Shown here: in pieces, positions 42,071-56,399 of the stretch
Position numbering within the stretch: the stretch's first letter is position 1
How the letters are laid out: each line of letters begins with the position of its first letter
Source of the DNA: Neocallimastix sp. 'constans'
Lineage: Eukaryota
Direction: 5' to 3'
Length of the DNA: 64,000 bases
Assembly: GCA_050613775.1 (NCBI GenBank)
Contig: JBODTK010000157.1
Coordinates: forward strand, 1 to 64,000
Notes under the pieces: model-generated
The model's input: the letters and a program-made list of their open reading frames with translations, nothing else
Databases searched by the model: none
Told to the model about the DNA's origin: nothing
Translations under genes and position numbers: made by a program

Positions 42071-43560
42071 GAGATCTTGTTGGGGGGGGCAGATAACACC
42101 ATGTTATCTGCAAAGAGATCTCCAACAACAATGCTTAGCACCAATAGAGATTCCATATTTATTATATTTATAAAAAAAAATGTCATTATAATGAACAAGT
42201 TAAAATAAAATTGGTGAGAGAAGGGACAACCTTGAGGAATACCTTTTCTTAATACTAAATGATTCCTGATAATTATCCATCAATCCTTACACAAGCCCTG
42301 GAAGATAAGTATAAGTTTTTCAATAAATTTATAGCACTTAACCTCTAATACCTAAGGTAAAGTATTCTTTACTTTTTTTCAAATTTTATGTCTCTGATAT
42401 ATAATTCTTAATGAAGGGTAAAGATATATAACTTCTTCTTGATTACAACAACCATATTATTCTAGTCTAATAAATCCTTTATCAATGCCATATTTTGAAA
42501 TTTTATTAGCTATGTATGTATGATTTTTACTATAATTTTTTTTTGATCCATTATTGATGTGGGAGATGCTACAATAGTTATTGTAATCTGATGGATCGCC
42601 CCAGCCCCCCCTTTTTTTTTTTTTGAATAGAAACTATAGATGCATTATTCCAAGATTTTATTTTGGAAAATCATCATTTCAAATATGATTAATTAAGGCT
42701 TTGAGACTATTTACAAACCAGATGAAATAATACCTACTATTATTTTTCACCGGATTCTTCTGAGTCACTTTTTTACCAATGAATCAAAACTTTGAAGAAT
42801 TCCCATTGGAATTCCCATCAGGATCACAAGACAAGCGCTTTAAAGTTTAGGGAGTAGATGAGATCGCCCTCACTAGTTTCTTCATCTTTAATATCTTGGT
42901 AAAATTTCACTTTTTTTTTGTTGTTTTGGAGCTCCCAACTTCCTATGTGCATTAGAATCTTTCCAAAAATCTTTAGAAAGACTATGAACCTGAAGAATCC
43001 GACCCTAGGAATTTAGGGTAAGAATGTCAAGTTTTTTATATTTTTTTCATCTGTGGAAGATACTAATTCATTGTTATTATTATTTTTAATAGGATGAGAG
43101 ACTGTGAAAATTTGATTATTTATTTATTTATTTTTTTTTTGAATTCTTTTTTACCTATTTTCATGCTTTCCTACACTCATTTTTATGAGCTAACGAACCT
43201 CCAAAATTTTATTCCCATATATGTATATTTTTTTTATGAATTGATTCACATAGTCTATTATATGAGTTAACAATTTTTTAAGCCAATTCATTGAAATTAC
43301 ATGTAGATTTATAACCCTTAATTTGAGTTTATACTATATATTGTTTTACCTTTTTGAAAGAACAATAAAATTTTTTACGGGATATTTATATTCATTCTAA
43401 ATATCATTTTTCAGATTTTTTGTTGCCGATGTAATCGATAAATCCTTTTTCAATCGAATTTGTAGTGTTAATGAACTTTTCCACTATTACTTATCTGCTG
43501 AAAAAGAAAAGTTCTCCATTTTCCAAATTTTTTTTACTGAGAATTATCAAATTTATTGTG

Positions 43561-43658
<98 letters not shown>

Positions 43659-44065
43659 AAGTTCAAGACCATTTATAACCTATTCCATCTAAAAATAAAG
43701 AAAAAAAAAAAAAACACTTGATAATACTTAATCTTAGCATACTTTGAATTTTTGACTAACGCTTGATCAATATCTGATGACTATCTTAACCTCTAAGTCC
43801 ATGAAATTGGGTGAACCATTAATAAATTGTGGGAAAAAATAAAACCAGTTACCAAGGTTACAGTCTCTTAATTATATCTTGTAAATTAAAAGGTGGTCAT
43901 GTTTAAAAAAAAATCTCCAAGAAAAGTAGATGGGATGATCAGTGTAATTCTGAAGCCATTATGAAAAACTTCAGAGAATACATATCGTAACTCGAAATGA
44001 GTGTTTCTTGGTGGGAAATGTAATTAACGATGAAGAAATGAAAATCTTAATGAAAAGAAAAGAAA
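40960..44065 (-). mobile_element. Decayed LINE (endonuclease/reverse transcriptase pseudogene); boundaries approximate
   Basis: Minus-strand reverse transcriptase (RT) motifs appear in the expected order despite stops and frameshifts: CDPDG (~42820, PGPDG-like), GDPSDYNNY (~42590), KGIPQGCP (~42240), LFADNMV (~42105, FADD-like), YTYLG (~41850). Confidence 0.8.
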
Positions 44066-44066
44066 T

Positions 44067-44120
44067 TATTATTATTATTATTAATTATTATTATTATTGC
44101 TTTATTATTATTATTATTGC

Positions 44121-44162
<42 letters not shown>

Positions 44163-44357
44163 GCTTTATTATTATTATTATTGCTTTATTATTATTATTA
44201 TTGCTTTATTATTATTATTATTATTGCTTTATTATTATTATTATTGCTTTATTATTATTATTATTATTGCTTTATTATTATTATTATTGCTTTATTATTA
44301 TTATTATTGCTTTATTATTATTATTATTGCTTTATTATTATTATTATTATTATTATA

Positions 44358-44411
<54 letters not shown>
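44067..44411. repeat. (ATT)n array interrupted by TGCT
   Basis: Visible array; it produces three spurious ORFs. Confidence 0.9.
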
Positions 44412-44413
<2 letters not shown>

Positions 44414-44819
44414 AAAGTGTCATGGATATTAAAATATCAAGTGTAAATGTATATTACAAAAAAAAAAAAAAAAAAAAAAAATTGAAAAAAATAAAAAGTA
44501 GAAGACATGAGTATAGGAATTGAATTGAATTCCTATAGTAGTAATATATATAAAAAAGTATTTTTTTTTTTTTTTTTTTTTTTTTTAACGGCAAGCAAAC
44601 TTGTTTCATCTTTATTAATTAAATATTTGAAAAAATACATGTAATAAAATAATGATAAAAAAAAAAAAGATAAAAAAATAAACAAAAAATAAAACACAAA
44701 ATAAAATAAAATAATGGTATAAAGTATTCTAATTTCATTTAATTAATATCTGTAAGACTTCACAAGGGCATTATTATACTGTAGTATAATAATTATTTTT
44801 GACTTCATAATGTTAATCA

Positions 44820-45200
44820 TAATTTTAAGATACGAAATTATGATCTTCATTGGTGGTGCTAGCCCTTGCTGGCCTATTTTACTGTTTCTTCAGCATTGAC
44901 GCCTCTTAGTAGTAGTAGTACGATTTCGATTTGAACCTATTGAACAAAGACCATTGCTGGCCAAATAGCAATAGATATAATCGATTTGAAGAAGAGCCGC
45001 AGTAACCACCAAGAATGGAGTATCAGAATAAGCACCTGATTTCATCTGGCACTTAAATAGATCCTTCCATTCCCTTTGTTCTATTATTAATATTTCGACC
45101 TCCAAGAAAGAAATTAAACACTTTTTCACACACACTAGAATCAACATACACATTGATTCTAGTGTGTGTGAAAAAGTATTAAAAATAACATACACATTAT
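44820..45200 (-). mobile_element. Probable C-terminal end of a LINE ORF2 (degenerate)
   Basis: GC-richer broken coding sequence (..VFNFFLGG.., ..YSDTPFLVVTAALL..). TTCAGCATTGACGCC resembles a block in the two LINE 3' fragments. Confidence 0.45.
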
Positions 45201-45534
45201 TTTTAATACTATTACAAACATTACTAAAAATACTATTACTAATATTACTAAAACTATTATTACTATTACTATTATTACTATTACTATTAATACTGTTGCT
45301 ATTATCGTTATTACTATTAACAATATCATTTGTCAGGTTGCCACGATTAAAAGCATTTTATAAAAATAAAATATATAAAAAAGTATTATAATTACAAAAC
45401 TGTTCAAAAAGTTAAAAAAAAAAAAAAAAAAAAAAATAATAATAATAAAATAAAAATAAAAATAAGAAAATAAAAAAATAATTATCTTCACAATAATATA
45501 TTATTAACACAATTTATATTTTATATTTTTTTTA

Positions 45535-45577
<43 letters not shown>

Positions 45578-45618
45578 TTTTTAATTTTTTTAATTTTTTT
45601 AATTTTATTTTTTATTTA

Positions 45619-45652
<34 letters not shown>

Positions 45653-46144
45653 TGTATTGTTCGATAATTTTTTTTTTTTTTTTTTTTTTATTGTTTGGTT
45701 AATAATTATATTTTACTTTACAATAAATTTATAAATTTATATTATTATTATTATTTTAATAAAATATATTAATTATATATATATATACGCTTTATTTTAA
45801 TATTAATATTTGAATTATTTAATAGATATCCTTCTTTATATATATATATATATATGTTTTATCATTTGTTATTATAATTAATTATTATTAATAGCGATAT
45901 AGTATAATTTATCATATTAATAGTTTATATATATATTATAATATTAATTAAAATATTGTTTAATATAATTTGATCAGGTTTAGTTTAATCTAATCTGGTT
46001 TAGGGTTTACTTATTTTATTATAAATAAAAAATAAAAAATAAAAAAAAAAAAAAAAAAAAAGATATATATCTTCTTACGTATATATATTATATATATACA
46101 TAATAAATAATAAAATAAAAATTAAAAAAAAAAAATTATTTTGC

Positions 46145-47314
46145 TTATTTCCAACTACCATAGAATAAATGTAAAAGCTTTACTTTTTCTGGGAATTTAC
46201 AACCTTCAAGTATTTTACATTCTTCTGGATTTGGTTCAGTATATGAAAAACCATCCTTTCCTAAGAATAATACATCATTTACTTGACCACCGTTAAGTAA
46301 ATCTCTTGGGTTGTATCCTGCCTTAATAATATAATCAAAGATAGCTTCCGACCAAACACCTGGACCAGTACGATGTAAAATATTTACCTTTGGATCTGGA
46401 TAACGATCAACGCCAAGATGTTCATAACGCATATGTCTATAGATATAATATGGCATATAGTGTAATATTGGATGATGTGGTGTAGCAGCTATGGCCCATT
46501 GACAGAATTGAACCAATTCAGCAAAATTTGTTTGACGTAATCGGTAAGGAGTTCTAATATCCTCTAAGCCGATAATAACCTTAGCATCCTTATTATCACC
46601 CCACCATTCATCAATGGGTTGAAGACATCTAGTATCAGTATCAACATAAACACCTCCAAAGGTATCTAATACAGCATAACGCCACATATCTGTTTTTTCA
46701 ACAATAGAATCTAAATTATTAAAAACGTCAACAGAATCTGGATGATATTTTTCCATAAATTCCATAATATCGTCATCATCATATAAGATGTGTTTCCATC
46801 CTGGATTTAATGCTGACCAACTATCAATATTTTCTTTAACATCTGGTGGTATATTTTTCTTATCCTTAACTATATATATATTTTTTAAAAAAAAATAATA
46901 ATAATAAAAATAAAATAAAATAAAATAAAATAAAATATATATAAAGAAAAAAAATTTTTAGTAAATAAACATTTATTTATTTTTAATAGTATATATATTA
47001 CTAATTTATTACTAAAATTTATTTATTTAATATTGATTAATAAATAAATAAATTAATAAATTTTTAGTAATAAATTAATTTTTAGATATATATATTTTTT
47101 ATATCAATTTAATTAACTTACCAGTTTGATGAATAATTCTAGGTATTCTGGTAGTGCCAATAGGTTCTTCCTTTAATGCTGACATAGCATATTCACTAGC
47201 ACTATTTCTTATCTTTGCTCTTTTTGGTTTGAATACTGTTACCAAAGGGAAAGTTACAATACAAAATATTATTGTTATAATAAGAATAGATTTATTCTTT
47301 ACTCTAATACCCAT
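46145..47314 (-). CDS. Glycosyltransferase family 32 (Och1/Hoc1-like mannosyltransferase), type II membrane protein, 305 aa; exons 47314-47122 and 46869-46145
   Basis: N-terminal transmembrane helix, then IPRIIHQT, SW..LNPGW, KTDMWRYAVL..FGGVYVDTD (DxD motif), QFCQWAIA..PHHP and TGPGVWS. The GT-AG intron keeps the frame. Confidence 0.92.
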
Positions 47315-48157
47315 TTTCTTTTATTATATTAAATATATTCAAAAATTAAAAAAAAAAATCTATATAAATATTTTATTATTATTATTTTTTATATTTTTTT
47401 ATTTTTTATTTGTTTTTTTCTTTTTTTTTGTTTTGTTTTGAATTCTATAAATATATAAATAAAAATTTTTTTTTTTATTTTTATTTGTTATTCTATTGAT
47501 TATTATTCAAGTAAACGAAAAAAAAAAAAGAAAACTTCACTTTTTATTTTTCTATTTAAAAAAAAAAAAAAATAAAAAATGTATTCTATATATTATCTAT
47601 TATTTAATTAAAATGCAAAATAGTATGCAGATTTTTGCTTTTGTTTATTTAGATATATTAATATTAATATCCAATTTTTTTTTATTAGTATTAAATTATA
47701 TAAACTTTATTTATTTATTTGTTTATTTTTATTATGTTTTTCTCTATTATTTACTGTTTATTTAATATTAATAATTATATTATGTAATTATTTTATTATT
47801 AAATAATAATATAAAATAATAATAATAAAATAAAAAACATTCAATGTATAAAATATTATCTAAACTGAACCTTCTTCAAAAAAAAAAAAAAATAAAAATT
47901 TTAATATTTTTTTTTTCTTTTTTTTAAAAAAATGTTTTAAATATTATTATTATTATTTTAATAATTTGTTTTTTAAGCGATTAGTGATTAGTGATTAAAT
48001 TTTATTTTATTTATTTATTTATATTTTTTTCACTCTATATAAATATTTTATATTTTTAATAATTGATTTTTTTTAATATTTTTTTATTTTAATATTTATT
48101 TAATTTTGATATTTATTTATTAGTTTTGAATCAGAATTTTTTTTCAATTATAATTTT

Positions 48158-48205
<48 letters not shown>

Positions 48206-49529
48206 TTTATTTATTTAATTATATATTTTCTTTGTTTTTTACTCTTTATTTTAGTTTTAGTTTTAGTTTTAGTGTTTTAGTTTTAGTTTCAGTTTTTATT
48301 ATTCTTTATATACATTTTTTTTTAATTTTTATTAATGATTTTTAATATATTCAATTAAAATAAATGATTAATTTACAAAAAAAATTTTTTGTACAAAAAA
48401 AAAATTTTTTTATCAAAATGTATATTATTTAGTAATTTATTATTATTAATTTAATTATATTATTAACTATAATTTATTATTCAATTATTTATTATTTATT
48501 ATTTCTTATTTATTTTATTATTTATTATTTATTTTATTATTTCTTATTTATTATTTATTATTTAATTATTTATTTTATTATTTATTATTTATTATTTATT
48601 ATTTATTATTTAATTATTTATTTTATTATTTATTATTCATTATTTATTTATTATTTATTATTTATTATTTATTATTTATTATTTATTATTTATTATTTAT
48701 TATTTATTATTTATTATTTATTATTCAACTATTTATTATTTATTATTCAACTATTTATTATTTATTATTCAACTATTTATTATTTATTATTCAACTATTT
48801 ATTATTTATTATTTATTATTTATTATTTATTATTTATTATTTATTATTTATTATTTATTATTTATTATTTATTATTTATTATTTATTATTTATTATTTAT
48901 TATTTATTATTTATTATTTATTATTTATTATTTAATTATTTATTATTTAATTATTTATTATTTAATTATTTATTAATTAATTATTTATTATTTATTATTT
49001 ATTATGTATAGAATTAATAAATTGATTAGACTAATAGTTAATATTTATATATATTAATCTTATTTTTTTATTTTTTGTAAAAAAAAAAGATTATATAAGA
49101 GAATAAAAGTATCTTTATTGTTAATTATATTGTGTAATATATCGATAATATATAATAATCAATTGAATTTAAATGCAATACATCAAAATTAAATCAAATA
49201 TATTGAATACTATATATTAATATTTATTATAATTTATTATTATGACTTTATATATTGTTAATGTTTTATTAATGTCTATTAATTGTTCATGCTAGTTCTA
49301 TAGTATATTATTGGCATATATTACATTATATTGCATTATATGGATGGAGTACAAAAGATGAAAATTTAAAATTATTCTTATTATTTGAAGTCTAAAAAAT
49401 GAATTTAAGAGTTAAATAAAATGAAGAAAATAAAATGAAGAAAATAAAAAAAAAAAAAAATAAAATAAAATGGTGAAAATATAAATGCAAACATAAATTT
49501 TTATTTAATTCCATGGAAAGGATTTTATT

Positions 49530-49873
49530 ATATTTTATTTATATTTTATATTTTATATTTTATATTTTATATTTTATATTTTATATTTTATATTTTATAT
49601 TTTATATTTTATATTTTATATTTTATATTTTATATTTTATATTTTATATTTTATATTTTATATTTTATATTTTATATTTTATATTTTATATTTTATATTT
49701 TATATTTTATATTTTATATTTTATATTTTATATTTTATATTTTATATTTTATATTTTATATTTTATATTTTATATTTTATATTTTATATTTTATATTTTA
49801 TATTTTATATTTTATATTTTATATTTTATATTTTATATTTTATATTTTATATTTTATATTTTATATTTTATAT
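49530..49873. repeat. (TTTTATA)n microsatellite
   Basis: Near-perfect array; it produces the spurious ORF 49513-49890. Confidence 0.95.
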
Positions 49874-51039
49874 TCTATTATATCAATTAAAATTTCTCAA
49901 AATACAAAAATTCAAATTATTTAAATTTTGCAATACATTAACATCAATATTTAATTTATTTAATATATATCATAATAAGATTAAATTCAATCATTTATAT
50001 TTGTCAAAAGAATCTAATTCAGTTTAAATTAAAATTATTTATTTTATATATTAATACAATATAATATAATATATGAAGTAAATTATTATAAAGAGTAAAT
50101 ATTAGGAATTTAAAAAATTTTTTTTCGATAATTAATTTAATTAATTATTTTATGTTGGATTAATTATTTAAAAGGTTATATTAAATAAGATCAATTAAGG
50201 GTAATTAATTTCTTAATAATCATTGTATAATAAATAATAAATAATTGAATTATAAATTATAAATAAAAAAATGTGTTTTTTAATAAATAATAATAGAATG
50301 AGTATTTATAAATAAATAATAAATAAATAATTAAATAAATAATGAATAATTGAATATTTAAAAGAGTATTTATTAATAATAAATAATAAATAATAAATAA
50401 TAAATAATAAATAATAAGTAATAAATAATAAATAATAAATAATAAATAATAAATAATAAATAATAAGTAATAAATAATAAATAATAAATAAAATAATAAA
50501 TAATAAATAATAAATAAAATAATAAATAATAAATAATAAATAAATTAAAATATAGATGAATAGTCTATAAATATTCGCATAACCACAAAAATTAAAAATT
50601 AAAAATAAAACAATATATATACATAAAATATATAAAATAATAGTAATGAATATAAAATGATTTAGAGTAGAATATTACTTTAAAATTACAGAAGATATTC
50701 AGGTAATAAAAGAATTTATAACAAAGAGCTATAAATAACCAATCTTTATATATATTTTAATTGACTTTTTTGCTTTTTCTTTATCTTTTTTCATTCATAT
50801 TTAAATTAAAATTATCATTATTGTTTTTTATATTTTATTTTTTTATTTTTTATTTGTTAATTTTTTATTATTTCTGGTTTTGAAGGAAAGAATGTAGAGA
50901 ATTCCTTTTTTTTTTTTCCTGTAAAAATAAAACTTATTGAAATAAATATAATTAATTATAAATAAATATAAATAGAAGATAATAATATTTCTAATAAAAA
51001 TATTATTTTTTGTTCAATTTCATTTTTTCCAGTTTTTAT

Positions 51040-51437
51040 TCTGGTGGTTAACACCCATAAAATTTCTGAATCGACCCCTCGATTACCTCCTACTAAATTT
51101 ATATGGTATGATTTTCATTCTTCCATGATGTTTTTCCCTATAAATGAAGTTGGTGTTTGGTGTTCGCTTGTCATGGTAAGTTTGACCTCTTATTAGACTA
51201 TATAATTGAAAGGATTAGTGTTATTGTTCCTCCCTTGATGATGAATCAAGAGATCACTGAAAAAGAAGACCGTTGTATAAAGCGATATATAGGGAATTTC
51301 TTTCATATTAGTCTTTCATAAAGAAAGGTCCGTGTCGACACCGAAAGGACATGGTAATGAATCCAATGAGAGAATCTGATACGTTTAAGGGAAAGACTGG
51401 AAGCTCTGTTGTTCTCCCCGCTCGTTAATCTCGGTCT
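51040..51437. other. GC-elevated non-coding island next to a poly(A) run; probable transposon remnant
   Basis: Composition shift with no intact ORF; family not recognised. Confidence 0.35.
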
Positions 51438-51700
51438 AAAAAAAAAAAAAAAAAAAAAAAATTTAAAATAGGTAATGAATGAATCAAACTTTAATTTATA
51501 TAATTTTGAATAGTATAAACTTTGTTCAATATAAAAATCATTTTATTTATTTATTTTCATATTTATTTATTTATTTTCATATTTATTTATTTATTTATTT
51601 TCATATTTATTTATTTATTTATTTTCATATTTATTTATTTATTTATTTTCATATTTATTTATTTATTTATGTATGTATGTATTTATTTATTCCATCAATA

Positions 51701-51960
51701 AGGAGTGGGGCATTTCGCCAGGTTGCATTTCGCCTTTTTGAAAATATGTGGCGTGTTATAAAAATGTGGCATTTCTCCAAATTGCGATTCATCAAGTTGA
51801 AAATTATTAAATAAATAAATAAATAAATAAAATTAAATATTTTTAATATTGAATAAAAATAAATTTTAAGAAAATTATTTTGAATTAATATTTATTTATT
51901 CATTTATTTATATCAATACTCCTCTTATCGAAATGCAATTTGGGGAAATGCAACTCTCCC
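51701..51960 (-). mobile_element. MITE family A, copy 4 (inverted)
   Basis: Ends AGGAGTGGGGCATTTC...GAAATGCAACTCTCCC. CATCAATA is duplicated at 51693-51700 and 51961-51968. Confidence 0.9.
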
Positions 51961-52254
51961 CATCAATAGAATTGAGAATCATATGTGAATTTCGCAAAAT
52001 GTGGCTTAAAAGGTTTTTAATAAACAAACATATAAATATATAAAATAAATAAATAAATAATATTAAATAATAATTTAATTTATTATTAATAAATATGTTA
52101 AAAATATCTTTTATAATTTTTTTATTTTATTAAAATTTTAATAAAATAAAACTAAAATTGATAGAATATTGATATTGATTAATAATAAGGCTTAATTTTC
52201 ATCTGGGCAAATATCCTTATCCTTTTAAGAAAATATTTATAAATATTATTTATA

Positions 52255-52455
52255 AATATTTATATATATATCTTCATTCTAATTATTAACAATAATATGT
52301 TTATATCATGAAGATAGTTATTGATTGAAAATTATTAAACAAATTATATAAGAAAATATATATGTAAATAGTTATATATATCTTCATTTTAATTATTAAA
52401 GATTTTTATGTCATGAAGATGGTTATTGATTGAAAATTATTAAACAAATTATAAA
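52255..52455. repeat. Tandem duplication, ~110-bp unit
   Basis: TATATCTTCATT...TCATGAAGATRGTTATTGATTGAAAATTATTAAACAAATTATA appears twice. Confidence 0.8.
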
Positions 52456-53507
52456 ATTATTATATGTATAATTCTTAAAAATTTATTAAAAGTTTATCAT
52501 AAATTATATTTTTTATATATAAATATAAAAAAAAAGGTAATTAGATTAATTTTGATTTAAATAATTTTCATATATATCAATAAATAATTAAAATGAATAT
52601 TAACTTTTAAAAGGTATCTATCAATAATTGAGAATTGAGACACAAAATATTTTTAAAAATTTTTTATTACAAAAAAATAGTTACTTTATTAATTAATTGA
52701 ACAACATCCCAGGTTTGACATTCATTAAACTTCAAAACCATATCATTCATAGTATTTCATAGTTTTTTTGACCATTTGATTAAAAAATTATTTATCAATA
52801 ATTGAGAATTAAGATACTATAACCATTTTTTTTGTAATAAAAATTTTTTTAAAAATATTAATTTATAATGTTTTATTTTATTTTTATTTGGTGAGAAAAA
52901 CAGCCAATCGAGTTTTATTTTTATTCAGATACTTTTATGTCCTAAATTTGAAGAATTTTTGAATATAAAGATATCTTGTTAATGAAATTTATATTAATAT
53001 TTCTCTGATTATTCGTGAGAAATTCATTGAGTATTCCTGATGATAAAAAGGAAAATTTTTGACAACAATATAAAATATATATTTTACGTACATTTTATAT
53101 CTCCTTCTTGGAAGAAATGAATATATAAAAACTTATTAATCAGCTCAGGGGGGAAAGACTATGATTTATTAATAATGATTTTTTTTTTTTTCTTTTTTCA
53201 AACATCATCTCTCCTCTTCTTTCCCTTTCATATTTTGAGTGAGTAACCTTAAAGAATATCTTACTCATATTATGTCATACTGTGTTTAGAGAATATTATT
53301 ACACTATGATCAATTTGAATGCCATTAAATCTAACCGTTGTCATGAACGTCAGATCTCGAAACAGATAAGGAAAAGAAGAAATTTTAATACAGTTTCTCA
53401 ATTGAATGATAATACGATTATTATTAATGTTATTTAATTCGATATTAAACTAATCATTTCTTTTTCTATTTATATAATATATATATATATATAATATAGG
53501 TTAAATG

Positions 53508-53538
<31 letters not shown>

Positions 53539-54566
53539 GAGAAAAAAAAGAAATACTCAAAGTGTTTTATTACTATTATATAATTCAAAATTTATCAAAT
53601 TATCTTTATATATATATATATATATTTAAATATTTTATAGTATATATTAAATTATTATTCTATATGAAATTAATCTTTTTAGAGATATATATAATAATTT
53701 AAAAAGAAAAAAAAATTTTAAACATAGACATATTGGTATCACCATCTATGTTTATTCCTAAATTATATAATATATATATAAAACTACTAAATGAGTTTCG
53801 AGGAAGAAATGACCTCTAACTCTTCCCATTCATCGACAAAAATTATCATTCGAATCTGTATTAAAATTTCTTCTTTGCCTTATCGTTTCGACTTATATTT
53901 ATATATTATATGATATTTTTCATAACAAATATAATAACAATAAAACATTATGTTTTTTTATTTTCTTGAAACAAAAATCTTTAAATGAATTCAATTTTTA
54001 ATATTTAATATATATATATCTAAATATATTGTGTAAAATAAAATAACACAACTTAATTATTTCTTTTATCATATAAATACTAAACTATTAATATTTCAAT
54101 GCTGTCATTTTCTCTTTTTTTTTTTTGTATTATAATTTGTTTTTGTTATTTCTATTTTTATTTATTTTTTTTTAAAAAAAAATTTTTTTTTTTTTTAAAT
54201 ATTATAAATATAAAATAAATAGATATAAATTAAGATATTATTTTTTTCTTCTACATTAATATTTTTTAAATAATAAATATAAAATAAATATATATAAATT
54301 TAAAATATTAAAATATTAAAAGATTTAAGATATATTCATTATATATATTATATATATACCCATTTTTATTAATAGTATTAATAAATAACTTTTTTTTTTA
54401 AAAAAAAAAAAAATCTTTTAATATAAATATAAATATATATATATATTTTATTTTTATTATATATATATATTTATTTATTATTACTATTAATTTATTTTAT
54501 TTTATTTTTTAATGTATTATGTATTATGCATATATATATTTTTTTTATTTTATTTTATTTTTTTTT

Positions 54567-55967
54567 TTAAAGTTCAATGTTAACTTTTGGATCTGATTTC
54601 CATCCAAAGAGATCTTCAATGGCTCCAACAAGTTCCTTAGTAGCGTCTATTTGAGATTGAGTATTTGGATGACCATCAATACCTAATCCATTCTTTTCTT
54701 CATTTTGTACACTAAGTTTAAAAGTCTTCACAAGTTCATCACCAGTTTTGGTGGTGTAATTTTGAACAGCTTCTTCAATTTGTGGGAAGACTTCTTGTCC
54801 CATCATACCAAGAGTACAAAGAATTCTAGTTTTTGGATAAAGACTTCTAATTTTGGCAAGGAAATTTTCATAGGCTTCAATGAAGGCTTCAGTTTCACTT
54901 GGAACTTTACTTGGATCAATGGTTTCGAAATAGGTATGATCGTTGGTACCAAGATTAATGACAACAAGATCTGGAATAAATTGTTGTTGATCCCATTTGT
55001 TTTCTTGTAGCTGGAAGACGCCATCATCAAATTCATTTGGTCCAAAGGAGAAACCAAGACGATCATAGATTGGTGGTACAGCACTGTCTGGAGTTCTTCC
55101 ACCATCAAAGGAAATACATGAAAGAATACTGAAACCACTGTAAGCAACTATACTATAATCAGCATGGAATTTTTGAGCGGTTTTAAAAGCATAGGATTTA
55201 GTACCATCTTCAGTTCTAGTAGAGAAAATTTCTCCGAGAGAACCATCAACACCATAGGCACAGGTAATAGAATCACCAATAAATTCTATCTTTAATTTTT
55301 CTTCTGCTGTTGGCTTAATGACTTTAGCATCTGAACTGATTTCATTAATACGAATAGAACCACGTTCAGCTTCAGATACCTTAAGAAAACGAACAATATG
55401 TTTACCTGGTCTGTTGAAGTCGACTGTGAAATCAGTAATTTTTTGGGTAATAACAGTATCATTATAAACATTACCATCAGCATAAATAATAATACGAGCT
55501 GGCATGTCTTCACTATAAGCAGTGGCATCAGCAGTGACATTAATAGTGGTTGTTCTACCATTAAAACTGTATTCAATACCAGAATCAGTTAAACCAAACC
55601 AAAGGTAACCATCTTGATAATTGGCTCTACCAATAATTTTAACATTATCTTTAGTGGGTTCAAAGGTGTTTTGTACGGAATATTTTTCTGTAATTTCATC
55701 CTCAGTACTTTCCTCGGATTCGGTGACTGGATAATATTTTGAAATATCTTTACATTGTTTACGAATAAAATTACAACGACCTCTTGCAACATTTTTTCTT
55801 ACACAGGCGATGTAATCATTGCTACAACGATCTATTTGTTTATTAATACACTTAGTATCATCTGGTTTACATACAAAATATGGATTATATATTTTATTTT
55901 TATTTAATGGAATAGCTGCAGCAAAACTAGCGGCAACTAATGCAATGATACTTAAATTCAATCTCAT
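54567..55967 (-). CDS. Secreted SGNH/GDSL hydrolase, carbohydrate esterase family 2 (acetyl xylan/glucomannan esterase), 466 aa, intronless
   Basis: Signal peptide, then a CE2-type N-terminal beta domain (IGRA...SGIEYSF...H.VRFLKVSE). Catalytic blocks IEFIGDSITCAYG, VAYSG, VINLGTND and DGHP are present. Confidence 0.9.
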   Translation of the reverse strand: MRLNLSIIALVAASFAAAIPLNKNKIYNPYFVCKPDDTKCINKQIDRCSNDYIACVRKNVARGRCNFIRKQCKDISKYYPVTESEESTEDEITEKYSVQNTFEPTKDNVKIIGRANYQDGYLWFGLTDSGIEYSFNGRTTTINVTADATAYSEDMPARIIIYADGNVYNDTVITQKITDFTVDFNRPGKHIVRFLKVSEAERGSIRINEISSDAKVIKPTAEEKLKIEFIGDSITCAYGVDGSLGEIFSTRTEDGTKSYAFKTAQKFHADYSIVAYSGFSILSCISFDGGRTPDSAVPPIYDRLGFSFGPNEFDDGVFQLQENKWDQQQFIPDLVVINLGTNDHTYFETIDPSKVPSETEAFIEAYENFLAKIRSLYPKTRILCTLGMMGQEVFPQIEEAVQNYTTKTGDELVKTFKLSVQNEEKNGLGIDGHPNTQSQIDATKELVGAIEDLFGWKSDPKVNIEL

Positions 55968-56399
55968 CTTGATAAAAAAAAAAAAAAAAAAAAATTAAGA
56001 ATTGAAATTATAAAATAATATAAATAAATAAATTTTTATTATTAATATATATATATACTATAATGTGACATAAAATTATATTCATTATTTAATATATATT
56101 TTACCTTTTTTATAAATTTTTTAATTAAAAGTTATTGTTTTTTTTTAATGATATATATATATAGTAATATTTACTTTGTAATTAATTTCTTTTTTAAAAT
56201 AAAAAAGAAAAATAGTGATGAAAAAAAAAAAAAAAAAAGAAAGAAAAAATAATTAATTTATACTTTTTTTTTTTGGTTGTGCAAATATCATTTAAAAAAA
56301 ATTTTTTTTTAAATGAAATACAAAACAATATAACAAGAACGGCCTAACTCAAAAAATATTATAAAAAAAAAAAATTACAAAAATAAATAAATTAATTTG

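Noticed and set aside
53723..53750. Resemblance to the SINE 3' end (CATAGAC..ATAT.GGTA..CCATCT)
   Set aside because: Too short and gapped to separate from chance without a search.
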